The notes under the pieces: model-generated | Seen by the model: only the letters and a program-made list of their open reading frames with translations | Told to the model about the DNA's origin: nothing | Databases searched by the model: none | Assembly (NCBI RefSeq): GCF_964355755.1 | Contig: NC_092680.1 | Coordinates: 11,904,001 to 11,968,000, forward strand | DNA from: Antedon mediterranea | Lineage: Eukaryota > Animalia > Echinodermata | Direction of reading: 5' to 3' | DNA length: 64,000 nucleotides | Part shown: positions 52,353 to 64,000 of the stretch, piece by piece | Position numbering within the stretch: position 1 is the first letter of the stretch | How the letters are laid out: each line of letters begins with the position of its first letter | Position numbers and translations under genes: made by a program

Positions 52353-55300
52353 GTCTAAAACGGCTCCAAATGCGATTTTAAGCTATTCTAAGTACTTTTG
52401 TGTTTTTATGTTAACAAGTTTTTTCGAAAATCACAAAATGGTCTAAAACGTCTTCAAATGCGATTTGAAGCTATTCTGTACACTTTGATGTTTTGTGTGA
52501 AAAAGTTTTGTCAAAATGCTCAAAATGGTCTAAAACGTTTTTAAAACGATATTAAGCTATTTTGTGCTCTTTGATGTTTTTGTTTAACCAAGTTTCATCG
52601 AAAATCACAAAATGGTCTAAAACGTCTCCAAATGCGATTTGAAGCTTTTCTAAGCACTTTGGTGTTTTTATGTTAACAAGTTTTTTCGAAAATCACAAAA
52701 TGGTCTAAAACGTCTCCAAATGCGATTTGAAGCTCTTCTGTACACTTTGATGTTTTGTGTGAAAAAGTTTTGTCGTAATTCTCAAACTGGTCTAAAACGT
52801 TTTTAAATACGATATTAAGCTGTTTTGTGCACTTTGATGATTTGTGTGAAAAGTTTTAACGAAATGCTCAAAATGGTCAAAAACGGTTTCTAATGTGATT
52901 TTAAGCACTTTGATGTTTTTGTGTAACCAAGTTTTTTCGAAAATCACAAAATGGTCTAAAACGTCTCCAAATGCGATTTGAAGCTTTTCTAAGCACTTTG
53001 GTGTTTTTATGTTAACAATTTTTTTTGAAAATCACAAAATGGTCTCAAACGTCTCCAAATGCGATTTGAAGATATTCTGAGCACTTTGGTGTTTTTATGT
53101 TAAAAAGTTTTTTCGAAAATCACAAAATAGTCTAAAACGTCTCCAAATGCGATTTGAAGCTATTCTGTACACTTTGATGTTTTGTGTGAAAAAGTTTTGT
53201 CGAAAAGCTCAAAATGGTCTAAAACGTTTTTAAATACGATATTAAGCTATTTTGTGATCTTTGATGTTTTTGTGTGAAAAGTTTTATCGAAATGCTCAAA
53301 ATGGTCTAAAACGGTTTCTAATGCGATTTGAAGCTATTCTGTACACTTTGAAGTTTTGTGTGAAAAAGTTTTCTCGAAATGCTCAAAATGGTCTAAAACG
53401 TTTTTATATACCATATTAAGCTATTTTGTGCACTTTGATGTTTTTTGTGAAAAGTTTTATTGAAATGCTCAAAATGGTCTAAAACGGTTTCTATTGTGAT
53501 TTTAAGCACTTTGATGATTTTGTGTAACCAAGTTTCATCGAAATGTACAAAATGGTCTAAAACGTCTCCAAATGCGATTTGAAGCTATTCTAAGTACTTT
53601 TGTGTTTTTATGTTAACAAGTTTTTTCGAAAATCACGAAATGGTCTAAAATGTCTCCAAATGCGATTTGAAGCTATTCTGTACACTTTGATGTTTTGTGT
53701 GAAAAAGTTTTGTCGAAATGCTCAAAATGGTCTAAAACGTTTTTAAAACGATATTAAGCTATTTTGTGCTCTTTGATGTTTTTGTGTAACCAAGTTTCAT
53801 CGAAATCAACAAAATGGTCTAATACGTCTCCAAATGCGATTTGAAGCTTTTTCAAGCACTTTGCTGTTTTTATGTTAACAAGTTTTTTCGAAAATCACAA
53901 AATGGTCTAAAACGTCTTCAAATGCGATTTGAAGCTATTCTTTACACTTTGATGTTTTGTGTGAAAAAGTTTTGTCGAAATTCTCAAAATGGTCTAAAAC
54001 GTTTTTAAATACGATATTAAGCTATTTTGTGATCTTTGATGTTTTTGTTTAACCAAGTTTCATCGAAAATCACAAAATGGTCTAAAACGTCTCCAAATGC
54101 GATTTGAAGCTTTTCTAAGCACTTTGGTGTTTTTATGTTAACAAGTTTTTTCAAAAATCACAAAATGGTCTAAAACGTCTCCAAATGCGATTTGAAGCTC
54201 TTCTGTACACTTTGATGTTTTGTGTGAAAAAGTTTTGTCGTAATTCTCAAAATGGTCTAAAACGTTTTTAAATACGATATTAAGCTGTTTTGTGCACTTT
54301 GATGATTTGTGTGAAAAGTTTTAACGAAATGCTCAAAATGGTCAAAAACGGTTTCTAATGTGATTTTAAGCACTTTGATGTTTTTGTGTAACCAAGTTTT
54401 TTCGAAAATCACAAAATGGTCTAAAACGTCTCCAAATGCGATTTGAAGCTTTTCTAAGCACTTTGGTGTTTTTATGTTAACAATTTTTTTTGAAAATCAC
54501 AAAATGGTCTAAAACGTCTCCAAATGCGATTTGAAGATATTCTGAGCACTTTGGTGTTTTTATGTTAAAAAGTTTTTTCGAAAATCACAAAATAGTCTAA
54601 AACGTCTCCAAATGCGATTTGAAGCTATTCTGTACACTTTGATGTTTTGTGTGAAAAAGTTTTGTCGAAATGCTCAAAATGGTCTAAAACGTTTTTAAAA
54701 CGATATTAAGCTATTTTGTGCTCTTTGATGTTTTTGTGTAACCAAGTTTCATCGAAAATCACAAAATGGTCTAAAACGTCTCCAAATGCGATTTGAAGCT
54801 TTTCTAAGCACTTTGCTGTTTTTATGTTAACAAGTTTTTTCGAAAATCACAAAATGGTCTAAAACGTCTTCAAATGCGATTTGAAGCTATTCTGTAGACT
54901 TTGATGTTTTGTGTGAAAAAGTTTTGTCGAAATGCTCAAAATGGTCTAAAACGTTTTTAAATACGATATTAAGCTATTTTGTGATCTTTGATGTTTTTGT
55001 GTGAAAAGTTTTATCGAAATGCTCAAAATGGTCTAAAACGGCTTCTAATGCGATTTGAAGCTATTCTGTACACTTTGAAGTTTTTTGTGAAAAAGTTTTC
55101 TCGAAATGCTCAAAATGGTCTAAAACGTTTTTATATACCATATTAAGCTATTTTGTGCACTTTGATGTTTTTTGTGAAAAGTTTTATCGAAATGCTCAAA
55201 ATGGTCTAAAACGGTTTCTATTGTGATTTTAAGCACTTTGATGATTTTGTGTAACCAAGTTTCATCGAAATGTACAAAATGGTCTAAAACGTCTCCAAAT

Positions 55301-56665
55301 GCGATTTTAAGCTATTCTAAGTACTTTTGTGTTTTTATGTTAACACGTTTTTTCGAAAATCACAAAATGGTCTAAAACGTCTTCAAATGCGATTTGAAGC
55401 TATTCTGTACACTTTGATGTTTTGTGTGAAAAAGTTTTGTCAAAATGCTCAAAATGGTCTAAAACGTTTTTAAAACGATATTAAGCTATTTTGTGCTCTT
55501 TGATGTTTTTGTTTAACCAAGTTTCATCGAAAATCACAAAATGGTCTAAAACGTCTCCAAATGCGATTTGAAGCTTTTCTAAGCACTTTGGTGTTTTTAT
55601 GTTAACAAGTTTTTTCGAAAATCACAAAATGGTCTAAAACGTCTCCAAATGCGATTTGAAGCTCTTCTGTACACTTTGATGTTTTGTGTGAAAAAGTTTT
55701 GTCGTAATTCTCAAACTGGTCTAAAACGTTTTTAAATACGATATTAAGCTGTTTTGTGCACTTTGATGATTTGTGTGAAAAGTTTTAACGAAATGCTCAA
55801 AATGGTCAAAAACGGTTTCTAATGTGATTTTAAGCACTTTGATGTTTTTGTGTAACCAAGTTTTTTCGAAAATCACAAAATGGTCTAAAACGTCTCCAAA
55901 TGCGATTTGAAGCTTTTCTAAGCACTTTGGTGTTTTTATGTTAACAATTTTTTTTGAAAATCACAAAATGGTCTCAAACGTCTCCAAATGCGATTTGAAG
56001 ATATTCTGAGCACTTTGGTGTTTTTATGTTAAAAAGTTTTTTCGAAAATCACAAAATAGTCTAAAACGTCTCCAAATGCGATTTGAAGCTATTCTGTACA
56101 CTTTGATGTTTTGTGTGAAAAAGTTTTGTCGAAAAGCTCAAAATGGTCTAAAACGTTTTTAAATACGATATTAAGCTATTTTGTGATCTTTGATGTTTTT
56201 GTGTGAAAAGTTTTATCGAAATGCTCAAAATGGTCTAAAACGGTTTCTAATGCGATTTGAAGCTATTCTGTACACTTTGAAGTTTTGTGTGAAAAAGTTT
56301 TCTCGAAATGCTCAAAATGGTCTAAAACGTTTTTATATACCATATTAAGCTATTTTGTGCACTTTGATGTTTTTTGTGAAAAGTTTTATTGAAATGCTCA
56401 AAATGGTCTAAAACGGTTTCTATTGTGATTTTAAGCACTTTGATGATTTTGTGTAACCAAGTTTCATCGAAATGTACAAAATGGTCTAAAACGTCTCCAA
56501 ATGCGATTTGAAGCTATTCTAAGTACTTTTGTGTTTTTATGTTAACAAGTTTTTTCGAAAATCACGAAATGGTCTAAAATGTCTCCAAATGCGATTTGAA
56601 GCTATTCTGTACACTTTGATGTTTTGTGTGAAAAAGTTTTGTCGAAATGCTCAAAATGGTCTAAA
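51880..56665. repeat. ~1.85 kb duplication, offset 2929 bp (~51.9-53.7 kb vs ~54.8-56.7 kb)
   Basis: CTGTAGAC 51968/54897, TCAAACTGG 52787/55716 and GGTCTCAAAC 53046/55975. CGAAAAGCTC and TTATTGAAAT occur in both copies. Confidence 0.9.
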
Positions 56666-59600
56666 ACGTCTTCAAATGCGATTTGAAGCTATTCTGTACA
56701 CTTTGATGTTTTGTGTGAAAAAGTTTTGTCAAAATGCTCAAAATGGTCTAAAACGTTTTTAAAACGATATTAAGCTATTTTGTGCTCTTTGATATTTTTG
56801 TGTAACCAAGTTTCATCGAAAATCACAAAATGGTCTAAAACGTCTCCAAATGCGATTTGAAGCTTTTCTAAGCACTTTGGTGTTTTTATGTTAACAAGTT
56901 TTTTCGAAAATCACGAAATGGTCTAAAATGTCTCCAAATGCGATTTGAAGATATTCTGAGCACTTTGGTGTTTTTATGTTAAAACGTTTTTTCGAAAATC
57001 ACAAAATGGTCTAAAACGTCTCCAAATGCGATTTGAAGCTCTTCTGTACACTTTGATGTTTTGTGTGAAAAAGTTTTGTCGAAATGCTCAAAATGGTCTA
57101 AAACGTTTTTAAATTCGATATTAAGCTGTTTTGTGCAGTTTGATGATTTGTGTGAAAAGTTTTAACGAAATGCTCAAAATGGTCTAAAACGGTTTCTAAT
57201 GTGATTTTAAGCACTTTGATGTTTTTGTGTAACCAAGTTTTTTCGAAAATCACAAAATGGTCTAAAACGTCTCCAAATGCGATTTGAAGCTTTTCTAAGC
57301 ACTTTGGTGTTTTTATGTTAACAAGTTTTTTCGAAAATCACAAAATGGTCTAAAACGTCTCCAAATGCGATTTGAGGATATTCTGAGCACTTTGGTGTTT
57401 TTATGTTAAAAAGTTTTTTCGAAAATCACAAAATGGTCTAAAACGTCTTCAAATGCGATTTGAAGCTATTCTGTACACTTTGATGTTTTGTGTGAAAAAG
57501 TTTTGTCAAAATGCTCAAAATGGTCTAAAACGTTTTAAAAACGATATTAAGCTATTTTGTGCTCTTTGATGTTTTTGTTTAACCAAGTTTCATCGAAAAT
57601 CACAAAATGGTCTAAAACGTCTCCAAATGCGATTTGAAGCTTTTCTAAGCACTTTGGTGTTTTTATGTTAACAAGTTTTTTCGAAAATCACAAAATGGTC
57701 TAAAACGTCTCCAAATGCGATTTGAAGCTATTCTAAGTACTTTTGTGTTTTTATGTTAACAAGTTTTTTCGAAAATCACAAAATGGTCTAAAACGTCTTC
57801 AAATGCGATTTGAAGCTATTCTGTACACTTTGATGTTTTGTGTGAAAAAGTTTTGTCGAAATGCTCAAAATGGTCTAAAACGTTTTTAAAACGATATTAA
57901 GCTATTTTGTGCTCTTTGATGTTTTTGTGTAACCAAGTTTCATCGAAATCAACAAAATGGTCTAATACGTCTCCAAATGCGATTTGAAGCTTTTCCAAGC
58001 ACTTTGCTGTTTTTATGTTAACAAGTTTTTTCGAAAATCACAAAATGGTCTAAAACGTCTTCAAATGCGATTTGAAGCTATTCTGTACACTTTGATGTTT
58101 TGTGTGAAAAAGTTTTGTCGAAATGCTCAAAATGGTCTAAAACGTTTTTAAATACGATATTAAGCTATTTTGTGATCTGTGATGTTTTTGTGTGAAAAGT
58201 TTTATCGAAATGCTCAAAATGTTCTAAAACGGTTTCTAATGCGATTTGAAGCTATTCTGTACACTTTGAAGTTTTTTGTGAAAAAGTTTTCTCGAAATGC
58301 TCAAAATGGTCTAAAACGTTTTTATATACCATATTAAGCTATTTTGTGCACTTTGATGTTTTTTCTTGAAAAGTTTTATCGAAATGCTCAAAATGGTCTA
58401 AAACGGTTTCTATTGTGATTTTAAGCACTTTGATGATTTTGTGTAACCAAGTTTCATCGAAATGTACAAAATGGTCTAAAACGTCTCCAAATGCGATTTG
58501 AAGCTATTCTAAGTACTTTTGTGTTTTTATGTTAACAAGTTTTTTCGAAAATCACAAAATGGTCTAAAACGTCTTCAAATGCGATTTGAAGCTATTCTGT
58601 ACACTTTGATGTTTTGTGTGAAAAAGTTTTGTCGAAATGCTCAAAATGGTCTAAAACGTTTTTAAATACGATATTAAGCTATTTTGTGATCTTTTATGTT
58701 TTTGTGTGAAAAGTTTTATCGAAATGCTCAAAATGGTCAGAAACGGTTTCTAATGCGATTTGAAGCTATTCTGTACACTTTGAAGTTTTGTGTGAAAAAG
58801 TTTTCTCGAAATGCTCAAAATGGTCTAAAACGTTTTTATATACCATATTAAGCTATTTTGTGCACTTTGATGTTTTTTGTGAAAAGTTTTATCGAAATGC
58901 TCAAAATGGTCTAAAACGGTTTCTATTGTGATTTGAAGCACTTTGATGATTTTTTGTAACCAAGTTTCATCGAAATGTACAAAATGGTCTAAAACGTCTC
59001 CAAATGCGATTTGAAGCTATTCTAAGTACTTTTGTGTTTTTATGTTAACAAGTTTTTTCGAAAATCACAAAATGGTCTAAAACGTCTTCAAATGCGATTT
59101 GAAGCTATTCTGTACACTTTGATGTTTTGTGTGAAAAAGTTTTGTCGAAATGCTCAAAATGGTCTAAAACGTTTTTAAATACGATATTAAGCTATTTTGT
59201 GATCTTTGATGTTTTTGTGTGAAAAGTTTTATCGAAATGCTCAAAATGGTCTAAAACGGTTTCTAATGCGATTTGAAGCTATTCTGTACACTTTGAAGTT
59301 TTGTGTGAAAAAGTTTTCTCGAAATGCTCAAAATGGTCTAAAACGTTTTTATATACCATATTAAGCTATTTTGTGCACTTTGATGTTTTTTGTGAAAAGT
59401 TTTATCGAAATGCTCAAAATGGTCTAAAACGGTTTCTATTGTGATTTTAAGCACTTTGATGATTTTGTGTAACCAAGTTTCATCGAAATGTACAAAATGG
59501 TCTAAAACGTCTCCAAATGCGATTTGAAGCTATTCTAAGTACTTTTGTGTTTTTATGTTAACAAGTTTTTTCGAAAATCACAAAATGGTCTAAAACGTCT

Positions 59601-62540
59601 TCAAATGCGATTTGAAGCTATTCTGTACACTTTGATGTTTTGTGTGAAAAAGTTTTGTCGAAATGCTCAAAATGGTCTAAAACGTTTTTAAAACGATATT
59701 AAGCTATTTTGTGCTCTTTGATGTTTTTGTGTAACCAAGTTTCATCGAAATCAACAAAATGGTCTAATACGTCTCCAAATGCGATTTGAAGCTTTTCCAA
59801 GCACTTTGGTGTTTTTATGTTAACAAGTTTTTTCGAAAATCACGAAATGGTCTAAAATGTCTCCAAATGCGATTTGAAGATATTCTGAGCACTTTGGTGT
59901 TTTTATGTTAAAAAGTTTTTTCGAAAATCACAAAATGGTCTAAAACGTCTCCAAATGCGATTTGAAGCTCTTCTGTACACTTTGATGTTTTGTGTGAAAA
60001 AGTTTTGTCGAAATGCTCAAAATGGTCTAAAACGTTTTTAAATACGATATTAAGCTGTTTTGGGCACTTTGATGATTTGTGTGAAAAGTTTTAACGAAAT
60101 GCTCAAAATGGTCTAAAACGGATTATAATGTGATTTTAAGCACTTTGCTGTTTTTATGTTAACAAGTTTTTTCGAAAATCACAAAATGGTCTAAAACGTC
60201 TTCAAATGCGATTTGAAGCTATTCTGTACACTTTGATGTTTTGTGTGAAAAAGTTTTGTCGAAATGCTCAAAATGGTCTAAAACGTTTTTAAATACGATA
60301 TTAAGCTATTTTGTGATCTTTGATGTTTTTGTGTGAAAAGTTTTATCGAAATGCTCAAAATGGTCTAAAACGGTTTCTAATGCGATTTGAAGCTATTCTG
60401 TACACTTTGAAGTTTTGTGTGAAAAAGTTTTCTCGAAATGCTCAAAATGGTCTAAAACGTTTTTATATACCATATTAAGCTATTTTGTGCACTTTGATGT
60501 TTTTTGTGAAAAGTTTTATCGAAATGCTCAAAATGGTCTAAAACGGTTTCTATTGTGATTTTAAGCACTTTGATGATTTTGTGTAACCAAGTTTCATCGA
60601 AATGTACAAAATGGTCTAAAACGTCTCCAAATGCGATTTGAAGCTATTCTAAGTACTTTTGTGTTTTTATGTTAACAAGTTTTTTCGAAAATCACAAAAT
60701 GGTCTAAAACGTCTTCAAATGCGATTTGAAGCTATTCTGTACACTTTGATGTTTTGTGTGAAAAAGTTTTGTCGAAATGCTCAAAATGGTCTAAAACGTT
60801 TTTAAAACGATATTAAGCTATTTTGTGCTCTTTGATGTTTTTGTGTAACCAAGTTTCATCGAAATCAACAAAATGGTCTAATACGTCTCCAAATGCGATT
60901 TGAAGCTTTTCCAAGCACTTTGGTGTTTTTATGTTAACAAGTTTTTTCGAAAATCACGAAATGGTCTAAAATGTCTCCAAATGCGATTTGAAGATATTCT
61001 GAGCACTTTGGTGTTTTTATGTTAAAAAGTTTTTTCGAAAATCACAAAATGGTCTAAAACGTCTCCAAATGCGATTTGAAGCTCTTCTGTACACTTTGAT
61101 GTTTTGTGTGAAAAAGTTTTGTCGAAATGCTCAAAATGGTCTAAAACGTTTTTAAATACGATATTAAGCTGTTTTGGGCACTTTGATGATTTGTGTGAAA
61201 AGTTTTAACGAAATGCTCAAAATGGTCTAAAACGGATTATAATGTGATTTTAAGCACTTTGCTGTTTTTATGTTAACAAGTTTTTTCGAAAATCACAAAA
61301 TGGTCTAAAACGTCTTCAAATGCGATTTGAAGCTATTCTTTACACTTTGATGTTTTGTGTGAAAAAGTTTTGTCGAAATGCTCAAAATGGTCTAAAACGT
61401 TTTTAAATACGATATTAAGCTATTTTGTGATCTTTGATGTTTTTGTGTGAAAAGTTTTATCGAAATGCTCAAAATGGTCTAAAACGGTTTCTATTGTGAT
61501 TTTAAGCACTTTGATGATTTTGTGTAACCAAGTTTCATCGAAAATCACAAAATGGTCTAAAACGTCTCCAAATGCGATTTGAAGCTTTTCTAAGCACTTT
61601 GGTGTTTTTATGTTAACAAGTTTTTTCGAAAATCACAAAATGGTCTAAAACGTCTCCAAATGCGATTTGAAGCTCTTCTGTACACTTTGATGTTTTGTGT
61701 GAAAAAGTTTTGTCGTAATTCTCAAAATGGTCTAAAACGTTTTTAAATACGATATTAAGCTGTTTTGTGCACTTTGATGATTTGTGTGAAAAGTTGTAAC
61801 GAAATACTCAAAATGGTCAAAAACGGTTTCTAATGTGATTTTAAGCACTTTGATGTTTTTGTGTAACCAAGTTTTTTCGAAAATCACAAAATGGTCTAAA
61901 ACGTCTCCAAATGCGATTTGAAGCTTTTCTAAGCACTTTGGTGTTTTTATGTTAACAATTTTTTTTGAAAATCACAAAATGGTCTAAAACGTCTCCAAAT
62001 GCGATTTGAAGATATTCTGAGCACTTTGGTGTTTTTATGTTAAAAAGTTTTTTTAGAAAATCACAAAATAGTCTAAAACGTCTCCAAATGCGATTTGAAG
62101 CTATTCTGTACACTTTGATGTTTTGTGTGAAAAAGTTTTGTCGAAATGCTCAAAATGGTCTAAAACGTTTTTAAAACGATATTAAGCTATTTTGTGCTCT
62201 TTGATGTTTTTGTGTAACCAAGTTTCATCGAAAATCACAAAATGGTCTAAAACGTCTCCAAATGCGATTTGAAGCTTTTCTAAGCACTTTGGTGTTTTTA
62301 TGTTAACAAGTTTTTTCGAAAATCACGAAATGGTCTAAAATGTCTCCAAATGCGATTTGAAGATATTCTGAGCACTTTGGTGTTTTTATGTTAAAAAGTT
62401 TTTTCGAAAATCACAAAATGGTCTAAAACGTCTCCAAATGCGATTTGAAGCTCTTCTGTACACTTTGATGTTTTGTGTGAAAAAGTTTTGTCGAAATGCT
62501 CAAAATGGTCTAAAACGTTTTTAAATACGATATTAAGCTA
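56662..62540. repeat. Long-range copy of ~40.8-45.5 kb (offset 15860) carrying an extra internal 1114 bp 13-mer
   Basis: GTTCTAAAAC 42361/58221 and CACTTTGCTG after GATTATAAT 44281/60141 give an offset of 15860. GATTATAAT repeats at 60121/61235 (1114 bp). TGTAACGAAATACTC 44821/61795 then gives 16974 = 15860+1114. Confidence 0.88.
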
Positions 62541-64000
62541 TTCTGTACACTTTGATGTTTTTTGTGAAAAGTTTTATCGAAATGCTCAAAATGGTCTAAA
62601 ACGGTTTCTATTGTGATTTTAAGCACTTTGATGATTTTGTGTAACCAAGTTTCATCGAAATGTACAAAATGGTCTAAAACGTCTCCAAATGCGATTTGAA
62701 GCTATTCTAAGTACTTTTGTGTTTTTATGTTAACAAGTTTTTTCGAAAATCACAAAATGGTCTAAAACGTCTTCAAATGCGATTTGAAGCTATTCTGTAC
62801 ACTTTGATGTTTTGTGTGAAAAAGTTTTGTCGAAATGCTCAAAATGGTCTAAAACGTTTTTAAAACGATATTAAGCTATTTTGTGCTCTTTGATGTTTTT
62901 GTGTAACCAAGTTTCATCGAAATCAACAAAATGGTCTAATACGTCTCCAAATGCGATTTGAAGCTTTTCCAAGCACTTTGGTGTTTTTATGTTAAGAAGT
63001 TTTTTCGAAAATCACGAAATGGTCTAAAATGTCTCCAAATGCGATTTGAAGATATTCTGAGCACTTTGGTGTTTTTATGTTAAAAAGTTTTTTCGAAAAT
63101 CACAAAATGGTCTAAAACGTCTCCAAATGCGATTTGAAGCTCTTCTGTACACTTTGATGTTTTGTGTGAAAAAGTTTTGTCGAAATGCTCAAAATGGTCT
63201 AAAACGTTTTTAAATACGATATTAAGCTGTTTTGGGCACTTTGATGATTTGTGTGAAAAGTTTTAACGAAATGCTCAAAATGGTCTAAAACGGATTATAA
63301 TGTGATTTTAAGCACTTTGCTGTTTTTATGTTAACAAGTTTTTTCGAAAATCACAAAATGGTCTAAAACGTCTTCAAATGCGATTTGAAGCTATTCTTTA
63401 CACTTTGATGTTTTGTGTGAAAAAGTTTTGTCGAAATGCTCAAAATGGTCTAAAACGTTTTTAAATACGATATTAAGCTATTTTGTGATCTTTGATGTTT
63501 TTGTGTGAAAAGTTTTATCGAAATGCTCAAAATGGTCTAAAACGGTTTCTATTGTGATTTTAAGCACTTTGATGATTTTGTGTAACCAAGTTTCATCGAA
63601 AATCACAAAATGGTCTAAAACGTCTCCAAATGCGATTTGAAGCTTTTCTAAGCACTTTGGTGTTTTTATGTTAACAAGTTTTTTCGAAAATCACAAAATG
63701 GTCTAAAACGTCTCCAAATGCGATTTGAAGCTCTTCTGTACACTTTGATGTTTTGTGTGAAAAAGTTTTGTCGTAATTCTCAAAATGGTCTAAAACGTTT
63801 TTAAATACGATATTAAGCTGTTTTGTGCACTTTGATGATTTGTGTGAAAAGTTGTAACGAAATACTCAAAATGGTCAAAAACGGTTTCTAATGTGATTTT
63901 AAGCACTTTGATGTTTTTGTGTAACCAAGTTTTTTCGAAAATCACAAAATGGTCTAAAACGTCTCCAAATGCGATTTGAAGCTTTTCTAAGCACTTTGGT
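60500..64000. repeat. 2058 bp-period tandem duplication running to the window end
   Basis: GATTATAAT 61235/63293 and TGTAACGAAATACTC 61795/63853. ATTCTTTACAC occurs in both copies. Confidence 0.85.

Larger units (their letters stand above)
1..64000. repeat. Tandem satellite DNA array, ~87 bp monomer (86-88 bp plus a 78 bp class), ~740 copies, running off both window ends
   Basis: The GTCT of the GTCTAAAA anchor recurs at 27, 114, 201, 290, 378, 465, 552, 639, 725, 803 and 891 (spacings 87,87,89,88,87,87,87,86,78,88) and continues in the same orientation to the end. Type A monomer: GTCTAAAACGTCTCCAAATGCGATTTGAAGCTATTCTGTACACTTTGATGTTTTGTGTGAAAAAGTTTTGTCGAAATGCTCAAAATG. Copy number is estimated as 64000 divided by the ~86 bp mean length. 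Confidence 0.99.

Noticed and set aside
1579-56762. Nine 61-97 aa ORFs from the supplied track (1579-1824, 2717-2911, 4290-4529, 6051-6323, 9224-9445, 10570-10755, 16020-16259, 44758-45051, 56529-56762)
   Set aside because: All are translations of 2-3 satellite monomers. The 87 bp (29 codon) and 78 bp (26 codon) lengths keep frames open by chance. They occur on both strands and in several frames, depend on sporadic indels or SNPs, and show no recognisable domain.
260-62060. Single-base homopolymer length changes (e.g. ~272, ~4395, ~5671, ~16108, ~28629)
   Set aside because: They cannot be distinguished from slippage or long-read homopolymer error, so they are not treated as meaningful except as supporting markers when shared between copies.
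1-64000. CRISPR-like pattern (constant AAAATGGTCTAAAACG with variable intervening sequence)
   Set aside because: The intervening segments are homologous to each other and reused many times, so they are not unique spacers. There is no leader and no cas gene.
1-64000. Telomeric repeats, 5S/tRNA tandem genes or rDNA spacer subrepeats
   Set aside because: There are no TTAGGG/TTTAGGG-type runs, no convincing Pol III A/B boxes or cloverleaf, and no rRNA sequence in the window.

Overview
The whole 64 kb window is one AT-rich tandem satellite array with no genes, RNA genes, transposons or unique sequence. It holds about 740 head-to-tail monomers, mostly 86-88 bp plus a 78 bp deletion class, all anchored on the near-invariant core AAAATGGTCTAAAACG. 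About a dozen recurring monomer subtypes (labelled A-K here) are strung into irregular higher-order repeats (HORs). One complete 26-monomer, 2241 bp cycle is readable at 50.1-52.35 kb. Shared rare variants reveal nested recent duplications with periods or offsets of 251, 340, 777, 1114, 1213, 1280, 1628, 2058, 2317, 2929, 5337, 5761, 15860 and 28324 bp, all counted by hand. This looks like eukaryotic centromeric or heterochromatic satellite DNA, but I do not recognise the family or the organism. The main anomalies are a perfect 46 bp-arm palindrome at 9497-9591 grown from the monomer's own quasi-palindrome, an in-register gene-conversion-like patch at 47220-47483, and a microhomology-type deletion near 7315. 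All supplied ORFs are translations of the repeat and are rejected. I found no support for a new protein-coding system.
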